Assembly (NCBI GenBank): GCA_046563655.1
Contig: CM102290.1
Location: 9,548,001-9,612,000 of the forward strand
Direction: 5' to 3'
DNA from: Yuukianura sp. NJ FZ-2021
Lineage: Eukaryota
Length of the DNA stretch: 64,000 nt
Shown: positions 1 to 12,200 of the stretch, piece by piece
Numbering within the stretch: the stretch's first letter is position 1
Layout of the letters: each line of letters opens with the position of its first letter
The notes under the pieces: generated by a model
Told to the model about the DNA's origin: nothing
Databases searched by the model: none
The model's input: only the letters and a program-made list of their open reading frames with translations
Position numbers and translations under genes: made by a program

Positions 1-2374
1 TCCTTTCCCATAATTTCTTCCAATTTTACTTTTTTTCCTAAGAGAAAGTCGTCTCCACGAAATGTTTGTTTAAGACTTTCCAAAAACGGAAATGAAAGTT
101 TGAATGCTTTGTTTGTTTTTGTCGGGAATTGAAAAAACGGAAGACAAAAAATTCATGTTGCAGATTTTTATGACTTAATTTTACGTCACCTCATCAAAAC
201 TTAATTCTCGTTTCTAGATTTTTCCGAGTTTCAAAAAAAGTATCCCTTTGAAAAGAAATTGAGCTTTTGCTGGCAAATTACTTTTCGGTTCCATTGTGCG
301 TCGTCTTGCGATATAATTTTTTTTGCAGATCCGGGAGTTTCTTGGAAAATGAAGCAGAATTTGAATAAGTTTGAAAATTTGTCTCATGTCTCAAGTCCTC
401 TATTACTTGAACTTGACCTTCCTACAACCTCCTTTTTTCAAAGACGACATTAAAAGTTAAACGCGGGAGGTTGAAATGACAAGTTTGAAATCTATTTTCC
501 ATTACCCTCCAACCAGAGCCATTGAACACTTCCCAAAAGTTTTGTCGAATTTGCGCAAACTTTCTTACTTGTCTCGTTGTCATATTTGACTAGAAAAGGT
601 TGGAAAGTTTTCAACTTAATTGAGTTTCTTGTGCCTTCTATTGTGTTTAATTATCAATCAGTGTTCTGCTTAGCCCGCTCTTAGGCGGATTTTTTCAAAA
701 TCATTTCGGAACCTGTTTAAAAAAAATTCTGCAAGTGAGGAATGGGTTTGCGTAGACTTTGTCCAACTTTAGTTTGATTTCTGTAAGTTAGGGTGATGCA
801 TTGAATTGGGTCAGAGATCATCATCATGGATTGCGTGTCAGTGGCATGGTGGAGATTCGGTTGCATGTTGCTATTCCATTTCCACATCAAAGGGGCGTTT
901 CGACATGGACGAGGGTATAGGGGCGGAAAACCTTCAAAATTTTGAACTTTGTGGGTATATTGCTTAGAGTGCTGATGGATTGGACCTGATCGCTCAACCT
1001 TTATCCACAGCCTCTGTCAACAACGCAGCGATAGTTTGTAAAATCGTGGGTAGTAAAAATTGCAAGCGTAGGCTGAAAATAAGGTTGAAGCTGTACGACA
1101 CTTCCTTAATACTGACTACACATATGCTTTGCCGTGATTCTGAAAAAAGTGATTGTAGAAATACTACTTCGTATTGCGCCGCCGTAAGAAATCGGGGTTT
1201 AGGAGGTGATGCAAAAATACTAACGCAAAAACGTGGGTAAAAACATCCTAAAAACTAACAGGTTCGGCAAAGCGTTTAATAAAAATTAGGCCAACGCTTG
1301 TCCAGACTTTTAAGCGTTGTAAAAATATTAATTTTTAAAATGCTTTTTAAATGAATCCCAACACTTTGCACAAATCGAGCAATTAAGTGAGAACTAGAAA
1401 AAACGGGTCTAAAAATCTAATTTTGGTGCATTATAGTCTTGTGTTTTTTAATTTTTTTTTTCACAAATTTCTGGATGTAAGTTGAATCTGTTCATGAACA
1501 AACAATCACATCCTACGCGACAGTTAACAATACTAGTACCTCTGAAACTTCTCGTAATTCAAAGAAATTTGTGAAAACGTGATGGAGACAATGACAGCTC
1601 GGTGACATGACAACATCTACACAATAGTGTCGCCCCGAGCAACTTGGTTTCCTTTCTACAACTTCATACAAAGCGTAGCAAACGATGAATCAAAGTCGTG
1701 AGAGCCAAATATTGATTTGAGTCACGCATTTCTAAACGTGGGACGTGTTGACCTCACGCAAGAAAAAAGAAGAACGTAAGATTCAGATCAACCTGCGGTC
1801 ACACGCATTTCATTTCCTTCCTTTTCATGCAACAGAGCATGAATCATCCATAATTCTTGGATTTATCCAAAGAAAAGTGTCACTCAAACAGAAAAACTTT
1901 TTTACATTTGAAGAAAAAGTCAATCATCTCCGATAATCAATCATTTTCCGGAGACATTCAATTAATTTTCAAGCATAATTTTTTTCTTACTTCTGAGGAA
2001 CATTGCATTGCTAAATTTTTGGAAAACTCTGAAGGATTTTTTTTTTGCATTTTCCGTAATATGACATTTTGAAGCGTCATACAAACTGAAAAATTTCTTC
2101 AACTGGAGATATTGTAGTTCAGTAAAATTTGGAACACAAAATGTATGACTAGAAACTTTCACCAAAAACGACACATATGCGTCGTTGTGAAACTTTTTTA
2201 AACGTGTATAGACAAAGTCTGAACTTCCAAATCACTGTGTCTACGGTACTGGGACACGTCATATTGGGTTAACTCTCCTCACCTTTTACCACCAAAACAA
2301 GAAGAACTGCTGAAACTGTGTTCAAAGCCACATATAAAAGTACCTCCAGAAGAAAACAAGCTTCATGTAACTAT

Positions 2375-2463
2375 TGACGTCATTTCCAGCAATCCAGTTC
2401 CAGTTCCAGCGACCTCAGCAGCTGGAATGGGTGGAGCTGAAGGGGTTTGACGTCATGACGTCA
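2375..2463. promoter_or_regulatory. Cluster of three perfect CRE palindromes (TGACGTCA) about 3.8 kb upstream of the GluCl start codon
   Basis: TGACGTCA at 2375-2382, 2448-2455 and 2456-2463. The motifs are seen directly; function is inferred. Confidence 0.4.
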
Positions 2464-5400
2464 CGACTTTTTCCGTTGTGGTCGCATTCAACTTGCTCAG
2501 AATCGCATTTATCAAAATCAGAAACCTCCAGCACAAGCCTCTTCAACTTTCACTATCTCCACACTCAAGTACAAGTTTTGTCCCAAAATTATTTTTAATG
2601 AGAACTTTCCCCGCCCTTAAGAGGACGACAGATTTGAAAAAGAAGATGAAGAGAAAGGGCAAAGTGTATAACGGAATGAGATTCCCTGTCAAACACTGTC
2701 ACTGTCAGGCTCAAAATATCCCAGCGGCAAAGAGTACGGAAAGAGCCAATTTAAAATTTGGAATAAACCTTCATTAGTGTCACATCAAGTATCTCCAAAA
2801 CAAAATTAAAATGTTCCAGGGACGCTCAAAATTTTGTATAACAAACTTTAACCTGAATGGAGTCCAGAATAGATTTTGAGTTCGTTAGTTTGGAAGTTTT
2901 CCCCAAAAAGCATTCCTTATTTTCAAATTTAAGTTACAGAATTCGGAGCATAAAAATTATCTTAAAAGAGAAACTGGACTTGTAGAAAAAAGGCGCCTGC
3001 GCAGAGTAAGCGTTTTCCTGTAAAAGGATTTATGAATTTTATTACCCTGTTCCCGGAAGTGAAAGCAGAGGACTTTGAGTTGTCATCTCATTTTCCGCGC
3101 ATTACATAGAAAGTCTTTATTAGCCAAGTTTAAAAACGCTTTCATTTCATTTATGCTGAACGTTTCCTGTATGCACAGCTTATTACACTTCAGTACACTA
3201 GTACTACTTATTGTAACACTTAAGGTAGGTAAATTGTAAATTAGGTTGTAAAATTGGAAGTTATATTAAAATTGAGAGTGAGCTAGGCACAAGTGTTAAG
3301 TTTTTAGTAATTTATCAATTAAGTAGTTAAGTTGTTTCAGTTAACAGGCAATAATAAGTAAGGGTAGGGACTATTGACATTATGGGTATTTGATAATTCG
3401 GTATGTTTCTTTAGAAAGAAGTTTGGTTGGATCCTTCTTCATTTGGATTTTAATAAACTAACTGACTCAAAGCTCGCTTATTTTCTGATTTCAAAATACG
3501 GGCTGCTTTCACTACCTTTCTGTGGAAGTGTCATAACAGCGTTTATATAATTAAAATGCTTTGAAAATGGGACACGCTCAATCAAGTTCTGGATGATGGC
3601 GCTGGTAGTATGTGGGGGCGTTCGTAATTGAAAGTTGTTTTAATGGGAATCAAAAAAAGGCTGAAGCGTTTCTGTTTGAAGTGTTGGCGCGTGCGGTGGC
3701 ACACTAAATAATAAGTTTTCCCAAGGTTGTAAACGGCTATTTGTACAAATGCCGTTACGAAAAAAAAACAAACAAATTGGGATTTAAATAACCTTCATGT
3801 TTTCCAGTACAAGTAATCCAATAGACTCGTCGTTCTTTAATTGTTTTGAAGCGTTGGGTAATTGGTCTTTTTCAAAACTTTCTAAACTTAACTAACTCAT
3901 GGGAGAGCAGAAAATTAGTAGAAAGTATTAAATTTTGTTAGTTCATACCTAAACTGATAACCTGATCTGGTGCGTTGAATTAGTCTTTAATTAACGTTTA
4001 GTTTAGGTTTGGCCAACATAATTTCAGTGCTGAAGTCTGTTTAGATTTTTGAATGCATATATTATTTGTTGCTTAGATTATGGCATGTACTCACGGGCTT
4101 ATAGTGACTTTCTCCAAATTTTTAAAGTAATTTTTTCTTGAGAAACTTAATTCTGTTTTTAACTGAACTACATTATAACGGTCAACTTCAAAATTCAATT
4201 TGTTGGCGATTTTTGTTTTCAAATTTAAAATTCCAGTTTTGTTATGAACTTGAGAAGGAGGTGTAAAAATGTGAGTCTTGACGAAGAAAAATCCAGCAGC
4301 TAAAAACCAAAGTGAAAAGAAAACCCATTAAATTTTAACAAAAGAACAAGCAACAATACAACAATGTAGTTAGATGGGAAGCCTTTTAGTAGTAAGAATA
4401 GTCAAATTTGGTTGTTCAAAGTTCCTAGTCTTATTCTAGATGTAGGATATTTTTTTTATACAATGCAACTTTGAACAAAAGTTGTGGAAGCATACATATG
4501 CGGCAGAGTCAAATTAGTTCCTGGAAGTTTGTTGCCAACCGAAATGGTTTTTGTCTCCTTGAAATTGTAACTTTGCACTACTTCTCAAATGTCACCACGT
4601 TTCTTTCTCCTTGCATTACGTTAGTGCCTGTGAGAGATAGGTTCAGAACCTTGAAGTTAAGGATCACCGCACCACCACCACGAACCAACGCTAGTGCGTG
4701 GAGACAATCACAGCAGAACCCCATTTACTAACTTCCAGTTTTTGTACAGGGAAAGTAGCGAGACTGGTTCCGGCCCAGTCGACAAGGGAAATTTGGAAGG
4801 AAGAGAAAAAAATTTATCCAGCGCTTTCACCATTTCTAAACTTGCTCAGCATTTTCACCATTTCGTGCTTTCTCCAGCAACATTTGAAAACAGAGACGAC
4901 CATACCTGAATCCTAATGCACTCCGTTCTCCCTCCAGCGCAATTCAATTTTCCTGGGTTCTCCTGTATCCCACATTTAATTTACCAACAAACCACATCAC
5001 GACTTGTAATTAAACTTTAAGCAAACTTTTAGACCTCCAAATTAATCAAGAAATTAAAGCCAAAATAAAATTAAAATTTACGAAGCTCAGCAAAAGATTT
5101 AGGTCTAACTAAAGCATCATGAGCATCACACAAGTCTTCGTAGTTTTGTAAAGTATATTACAGAGTAGGCGTTTATTTAGGCTTTCATGGACTGCAGAGC
5201 GTAAGAATAAACCGCCGTTTTAGCCTATTAATTACGACTAATTACCCATAGCATATCCTTTACTCTGACACTTTTCTCAAGAAAAGTTAAAAAAAAAAAT
5301 AAGTAAAAAAATTAAACGAAAAGGCACTCATGATCTTGCAAACCCAACCTTCTGCAACATTAATTTTACTAAAAATTCTACAACGCGCATTCCAAAAACT

Positions 5401-6230
5401 AAAATTTTGCAAATATGGAACGCTTTTGATGTCACGGAAGTGCTCGTATGCTGTGCGGTGGTTGTTGACCTCAAAAGCAGGTCACAAAACCAACAACGTT
5501 GGACTGATTATGTCATTTTCAGTACTTCCTTGATTTTGTTATACAGAGAGTCGTTGGAGAAATGCGTTGATGAGACCAATTAGGACGAATATAACAGCGT
5601 GAGTGGCTTGGTGTCACTTCGGATGGACAAGCTTGGAAATTAATTAAAGTTTAACAAACAGTTCTGTCAGCTTGACTGACTGTAAGAACGTTCCTGGTGT
5701 TGGTGACCGCAGTTTAATTTATAATTTTCCAGCGTTCTGGTCTCTTATATCGTTCGGGTAGCCATACCTACATTGTTCACTTTGAAATTTTAACCTTTTG
5801 CAAACGCTATATGTGTTGAGAAACACTGTATATCTACCATTTTCTTCAAACTTAAACCTAAACTAAATCTGTAAAGTCGTACAATCCATTTTAAAACTAC
5901 TGAAAAAATGTCGGGTTAACAAACTTTCAATGAAATTTAACGTTTTCAACTGAATATTTTAAAAATTCACCAAAATTTAAACGACACTACCGTGCGTGTA
6001 ATGTTAGACTTTCACTTCAGAAGTGAAATAAGTGTGAAGTGGAACCGTTAAGCCTGACGGGCACTACTAGACTAGGAAAAACAATTAATTTCTGAAAAAG
6101 AACCCAATTTCCCAGTGCCTCTCTGCTACTCAATAATGCATCACTTTTGGGCATGTCGCAGTCCTTAAAGTCCTTGTCTCACTTTGTTCACAGGGTGTGA
6201 GGGAGCCTTTAGAAGAAACACGAAGATCAG

Positions 6231-9200
6231 ATGGCAGAGAAGATGGAAGTGACGAGCAGAGGCGAAAGAGCCCTTGGACGTGGCAGAAAGCACATTTGCT
6301 GGATTTTTATTAGCATCATTTTCATAGTCTTCTCGTCCTCAGCATCGGCATAGTAAGATCATCTTCAGACTTTAGGAAAGAGAGAGATGAGGTCTTTCGA
6401 TCTAGATTGTTAGTAATGTGCTTGTAACAATAAACACTTTTGGGTGGATCTCTTGACTTTTTCTTTGCAGTGAAAAGAATACACGGGAAATTGAGAAGGG
6501 CATTCTGGACACAATCCTTGGTTCTGGAACAAGATCTGCATATGATAACAAGATTCGTCCTTCCGGAGCTAATGGAAGCGGTGAGTAATATACTTGCTTT
6601 TTCTTCACTTACATTTTTTTTTGTAAAAAAAAATGTCGATGTGGTTGGATTTAGAAAACTACATCAATTGGCAGATTAAAGCACGACGACTTAAAAAAGC
6701 GTGCGTAGTAGCGTCTTCCGAAATCAAAAAATTACAAGAAAAAGTAATTTCGTGTTCTAAAACGGATAGAAATCAGAGTAAATGGATTCGCCAAATGGCA
6801 CTTATTTCAAAAGCGGAGAAAACGCGCACGGAAAGGAGATGTTTTGTATTTCAAAATTGAGAATTATTAGAAAACTGAGAATCAAAAGTAGGCTGATTTC
6901 TGTGATACTTAAATGACAATAACAATGCCAATTTTTTGAAGAGTTCAGACTTTCCCATTTGCAGATGTGATGTGATTTTCCCATTTGATTTTGATGTGAA
7001 ATTGAAATTTTGAAAAAAAAATTGAGATTGGTACTCTGACCTTTGAAGTTGTAATCTCTGCTGTATTCCGCACACCCATGTTCAGTTTATGCCCAATGTA
7101 CAAAAGTTAGGTTTCTGGCGTTATTCCATGTAATAATTCCGCTAGGAGGAAAGATGCATTTATTCCTTATGTTCACCGTAGTGGGGATCCTGTTGTTCAA
7201 AATTGTTCAAAGGAAGGCCAGGAAATTGCTTTCATTTTCCATCCTCAAAGAAGAACATTGAAACTGGCATTTCTCATTTTGGATTTTCAAAGAGCTTCTC
7301 TTCTTCTGCCACTTCCAAATTAACTCAATTCTTGAGATAAATGGACCAACCGAATTTTCCAAAGAATTTTCATGGCATGACTTTCAAGAAGAATCCAAAT
7401 TCGAACAAAGTTTTTAGCCCACTTACAGGATATCTCCAGCAGCTCCACGAATAATGCGATGTTAAGCAACCAACAACAACGTTGCTAGGCTCCTCATCCC
7501 AAAGCTCAAATGAACAAAGCGTTTTGAAGACTTATTCAACAAAAATTTCACTCTTGTGCATCAAAATATATGTATATATGTATATCAAGCCTGCCTGAGC
7601 GCCATCATGGTGGCTTAATTTATCCTAGCATTTTTATTTCAACGAAAGTTGTGACAGGCTCTGTGCATAACTAGGACTACCGAAGTACTATTCAAGTTGG
7701 GTTTCGTTTGTAAAAATTGAGGGAAGTTGGTCCAATCACTTTGAGAAGAAATATAGTCGTAGTAGATGGAATGAGATGGATACGGATTATAGGTTCTGGA
7801 ATTAATTGAAATCTGGGCCTTCCAACATCGTTTTACTTTCTCCAATGGATAAGAAGCGTTGCGGTTTAGCAAGAAATTAAAGCACTACATTTAGGAGAAA
7901 AGCAGGTTCTACTATTATCTATGCCGTTCTACGTTACGTTCTAATTCTAAGACTTTAGAATCTGGAATATCGTAGGATTGGGTAATAGCAGGCAGGAAAC
8001 TTTCAAATCCTTCAACTCCATTTCCAGCATTAAAATGGACTGTACAACTCGAAGCCAAATTATGTTTTACAAAATCCAATTGTTCAGTTCACAACTGTAG
8101 CCGTTTCCTTTCTGGCAAACTTCGTTGATTCAAAAAATTCGTCAGTTTTTTTTTAGTTTTGAGCATGGATATTATCAGAATTTTGAACTAAATCTTTTCA
8201 ACAAATTCAGTAACTCGATGAAGTGAAAATGCTAGGCTTTTTGGACAGCTAGGAATTGATGGTAAAAATTATTGACAACGAAAGTGCGGTCAAATCAGTT
8301 TGTAGGTCAGGCGGACACAAAAAGTGCGTCAGGATACGATCAATCACGAACAAATCCAACTTGATTTAAGATCTTTCTTTGTTAACGTCATTTGAGTCGG
8401 AGTGGGACAGATTTCTAGAGTATGAGAATGGGTAGGTAAAACTTGTTTCAAATCTTGAAGAATATCTATAAAATGAATTAAAAAGTCAGCCTCAGAGACG
8501 ACGACAATATGTTTATTTTCATTTTTAGTTTTCTTAAGAAAGCAAATTACCTTTTGTCAATTGGAATTACAATGTGCTAAACTTTTTCTGTTTTCATACG
8601 TGTTGACCTTAGCTATAAATGTCCAACATCAAAAAATAACTTCTTAACTGCACTTTTGCACAAATCAGTGTCAGCGCCTTGGCTTCTTATATTTTGTTTA
8701 ACTCAATCGTTTTGAATTGTTTTTGAAACATGAAGCTAAGAATTCAACAGCTAACCAGTGTTTGGCCCTTACAAAATTTGGGTCTTACAAAATAATGCAT
8801 TGGACAATATTTGTATATGTGTGCACAGATGCAACAACCGTTAGTGTCAACTTGTATGTGAGGAGCATAGCAACGATTGATGACGTGAAAATGGTAAGTG
8901 GGTTCCCAGTAAAACGGCACGCAACATCTAATTTCTAAACTAACTAAATACCAATAACATGACTTTTGTTCGTAGTCCACCATTATTTTTAAACGTAGTC
9001 AGTCAACCATTGTTTTTAAATGTAGTCATCCCATGACCTAATGACCTTCCGGAGAAACAAAAACGGAGTTTTTATCTGTCGAAAAACCGAAATTTTGAAT
9101 TAAAATACACTGGGTTCTACACAAAATTTGAAAACGCTGCTGTAGGAACCAAAACCTAGAAAAACAGTCGATAAGACAAAAATTCGTGCCATTTTTAAGC

Positions 9201-12200
9201 TTTTATGTTTTAACAGTACTGTTCTTTTGTTCTAAAATATGAATAGCTCGGGGTGAAACGCGTGTCTTGATCAAAACGAGAAGAATAATAGATGAAAGTG
9301 TTTCAAAGTTTTTTAGAAAATGCTCGAGGGATTATGATGAAAAAAGACTTTTTTGAAACATGGAGGAAATGGTAAAATATTTTCTTGTGAAAAAAGTCTT
9401 GTGATTCACTTCCAATTTTTTGTGAAACACATAATATGTATGCAACTCATAATACATTTTGTATTTCTTTGATTTGATTGAAATTTGTGAGGCAGCACTC
9501 AACCCATTGCTTTCAATTTCAATTTTTTGGATTCAAATCAGAGAAAATTGAATTTCTATAAGCTAAAAAGTGGTTCGCAAGTATCCGTGGGGATTCAGAG
9601 TCATCTTCGAAATCTCTGGCATCATTTATCATGTTTTATTTTAAATAATTTCTGAATATATCAATGTCTTGCTCAAATAAATCAGTTTAAAACATTATAA
9701 TCCGAAACAATTGAGATTTCAATTTTCTTATTCGGATTACGTCTGGTATTGTTGTGTTAGTTTACTAAAGGAACTGCAAAAGTACAACAACGTTTTTTTG
9801 TGCCGTACGTTTTAGTGGTAGCTTACAGTTACATTAATATGCAACGGAAAGACTACACGAGTTCTCACAATACCCGGGTAAACGAGACTTACTTAAAACC
9901 CGTGTTTTCACTTAATTTAATCTTCATGTTGACCAAAATTTTGTTTGGGTGAAGGGAGTTATACTATGTGTTAAATGACACAATGAAACGGGTACACGGG
10001 AATCTAGTTACCAAAGACTTCTTTCATCGCCTACTCAACCAGACGTCTGTCTACAGTATTTATAGCCCTTTATTTAGACCGCTTCTGTTTTTAGTAACTC
10101 AACGAGATAAAAGTGGTCTTACTTATGTTATACTTCCCAGGATTAGCTCCTTATTCTGAAATTATTTTTACCAATTAATAAAATTTCAGAAAGGTTCCAA
10201 AAAATTAACACAACTTTTTGATCAATTTTTTGCCTCCTAGGCTAAACTGCTTGACCTGCTGCTGCTGCTTCTGTTTCTTTCCCTAAAAATCAAATTTCAG
10301 CGTTACTTTGTGGCGTATGAATTGTGCAACTGTTTTTGCCATAATTTTTGCTATTTTTATGCCGGGTAAGCAAACTGCAATACTACCTATGCAATTCACA
10401 AGTTATTGACTTTAACTTTATTGTGAACCTGGCTTTGATTTTTTTTTTAAATTTTGCTTACGAATTGACACCAATTTTTTGGAATTAGTACCAATTGGTA
10501 CTAATTTGTTGTTTTTTTTTAACAAGTGGGGTAGTACATGTATTTAACGTGTTAAAAAAGACTAACTTTTCTTGATAGTGAGCAGAGTCATAAATTACGT
10601 ATCAAAGGTCGATGCGCTTCTGCTTACCCGGCGTTCTCATAACTTCGACTTTTACTTAAACTTTCTGGTAGAAAAATTGATTTATATTTAATTTAACAAT
10701 GAAATAAAGTAAATGTTTCCTTTTCCATTTTCATTTTTCAAAATTAAGCCGCCAACTTGTCTTGTGTTTTACGCCGAACGAGGTGCACTTTGATTAAAAA
10801 ATTTTTTTTCTTTCCATATTTAAAAAGTTCTACTGAATGGATTTGAACTGTTTACATGTGGATGGATGTTGTGTCAGAGCCGGTAGTCATGGACGAAGGA
10901 AACTGACTCACAAAACGTTGGTTAAAACCGTTGATGATTCTCTCTCAATTTCGTTCTTACTCTTTCGTAGTCGTGAATGTTAGAATTTTTGTAGACATTT
11001 TAGATATGGCTGCCCTTGGTAGTTGCTGCTGTCAGCCTCCGTGTCCTCTTGAGCGGACTCGGGTTTCTACTTAAGTAAAAAGAAAGCAAAAAAAGCTACA
11101 TTAAAAAGCGCTTTGTAAACATTATGGAGTTGAGCGAAATTTGATAGTAAAAGCAGCTAGAGCTAAACAAATTTAGGCTTATAACTACATTATTTTTTTT
11201 TAACGAAAAAACGCAAAACCCGTAAGGAAAAAAATTGACAATTATGACTAATTTTTGGACACAGAAGCGACAGAGGTTCATGTCAATTTGTACTTGCGGT
11301 CCATCAGCAAGATTGATGATTATGAAATGGTAAGTGCAAGCTCATACATATTGTTATATAGGCAATGTTACAAATCACTAAACTAAACGCTTTGTCCACT
11401 TAACTCTAATGTCCTAAAACGTCACAAATTATACAGCAAAAAGGAGAAAGAAGTCGAAGCTGAAATGCACTTCAGAAACTGGCAATTTCAGAAAAGTTAG
11501 ATTTCACGCTCAATGCCATTCACATTTTCACATTAACTAAAGTTACAATATTCAACGTTTCGAGCTTTTACATGTTTCTAAATTTTCTAAAAAAAAAACT
11601 TGACTTTTGAAAGTTTACAACTTTTATAAGGTACTTTGTTTAGATAGAATTTTGCATCAAAAGAAAAACAGTGGTTTAATATTGTCGCCTCTTTCTTGTA
11701 TTTCCTCTTGCGTAATATAAAAATTGCTCTTGCATTTTGCTAAAAATTTAAATTGAAGTTGTCAAACTTATCTACACCAATTTTTTTTAAAGTGACACCC
11801 TGTCGTTAAAGCCTTGGGTAGACGGAGGTTGGTGACAAAAATCCCGTTCCAGTTATCACTTGGCTTTCTAGCTTTCTTAGATTTTTTTTAGAAATTGCTT
11901 TTGAGTCGAGTAGTAAGTATGGCTTAAGTGAAAGCATCTTGGGATGTTGACGCCTCTCTCGTCCTTTGACACAACGAGAGCTCGCCATTGGTTCAAATAA
12001 ATTGGTTCAAATATAATTAGTTCAAAACCAATTGGTTCAAGAGACCAGTTGATTCAAGAGGCAAATTGTTTCAAAAGACAATTGGTCTAATTGTTTTTGG
12101 TTTTGAACCTTTTCATTTGAACCAATTCATTTGAACCAATGGCATGAAACAGACACAACCATTGGAAAATCCAGTGGTACAATAATCCTAAATATCCTTT

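Noticed and set aside
8973..9033. Short imperfect tandem duplication (GTAGTC...CCATT.TTTTTAAA) after exon 3a
   Set aside because: About two and a half degenerate copies; consistent with local slippage and no evidence of function.
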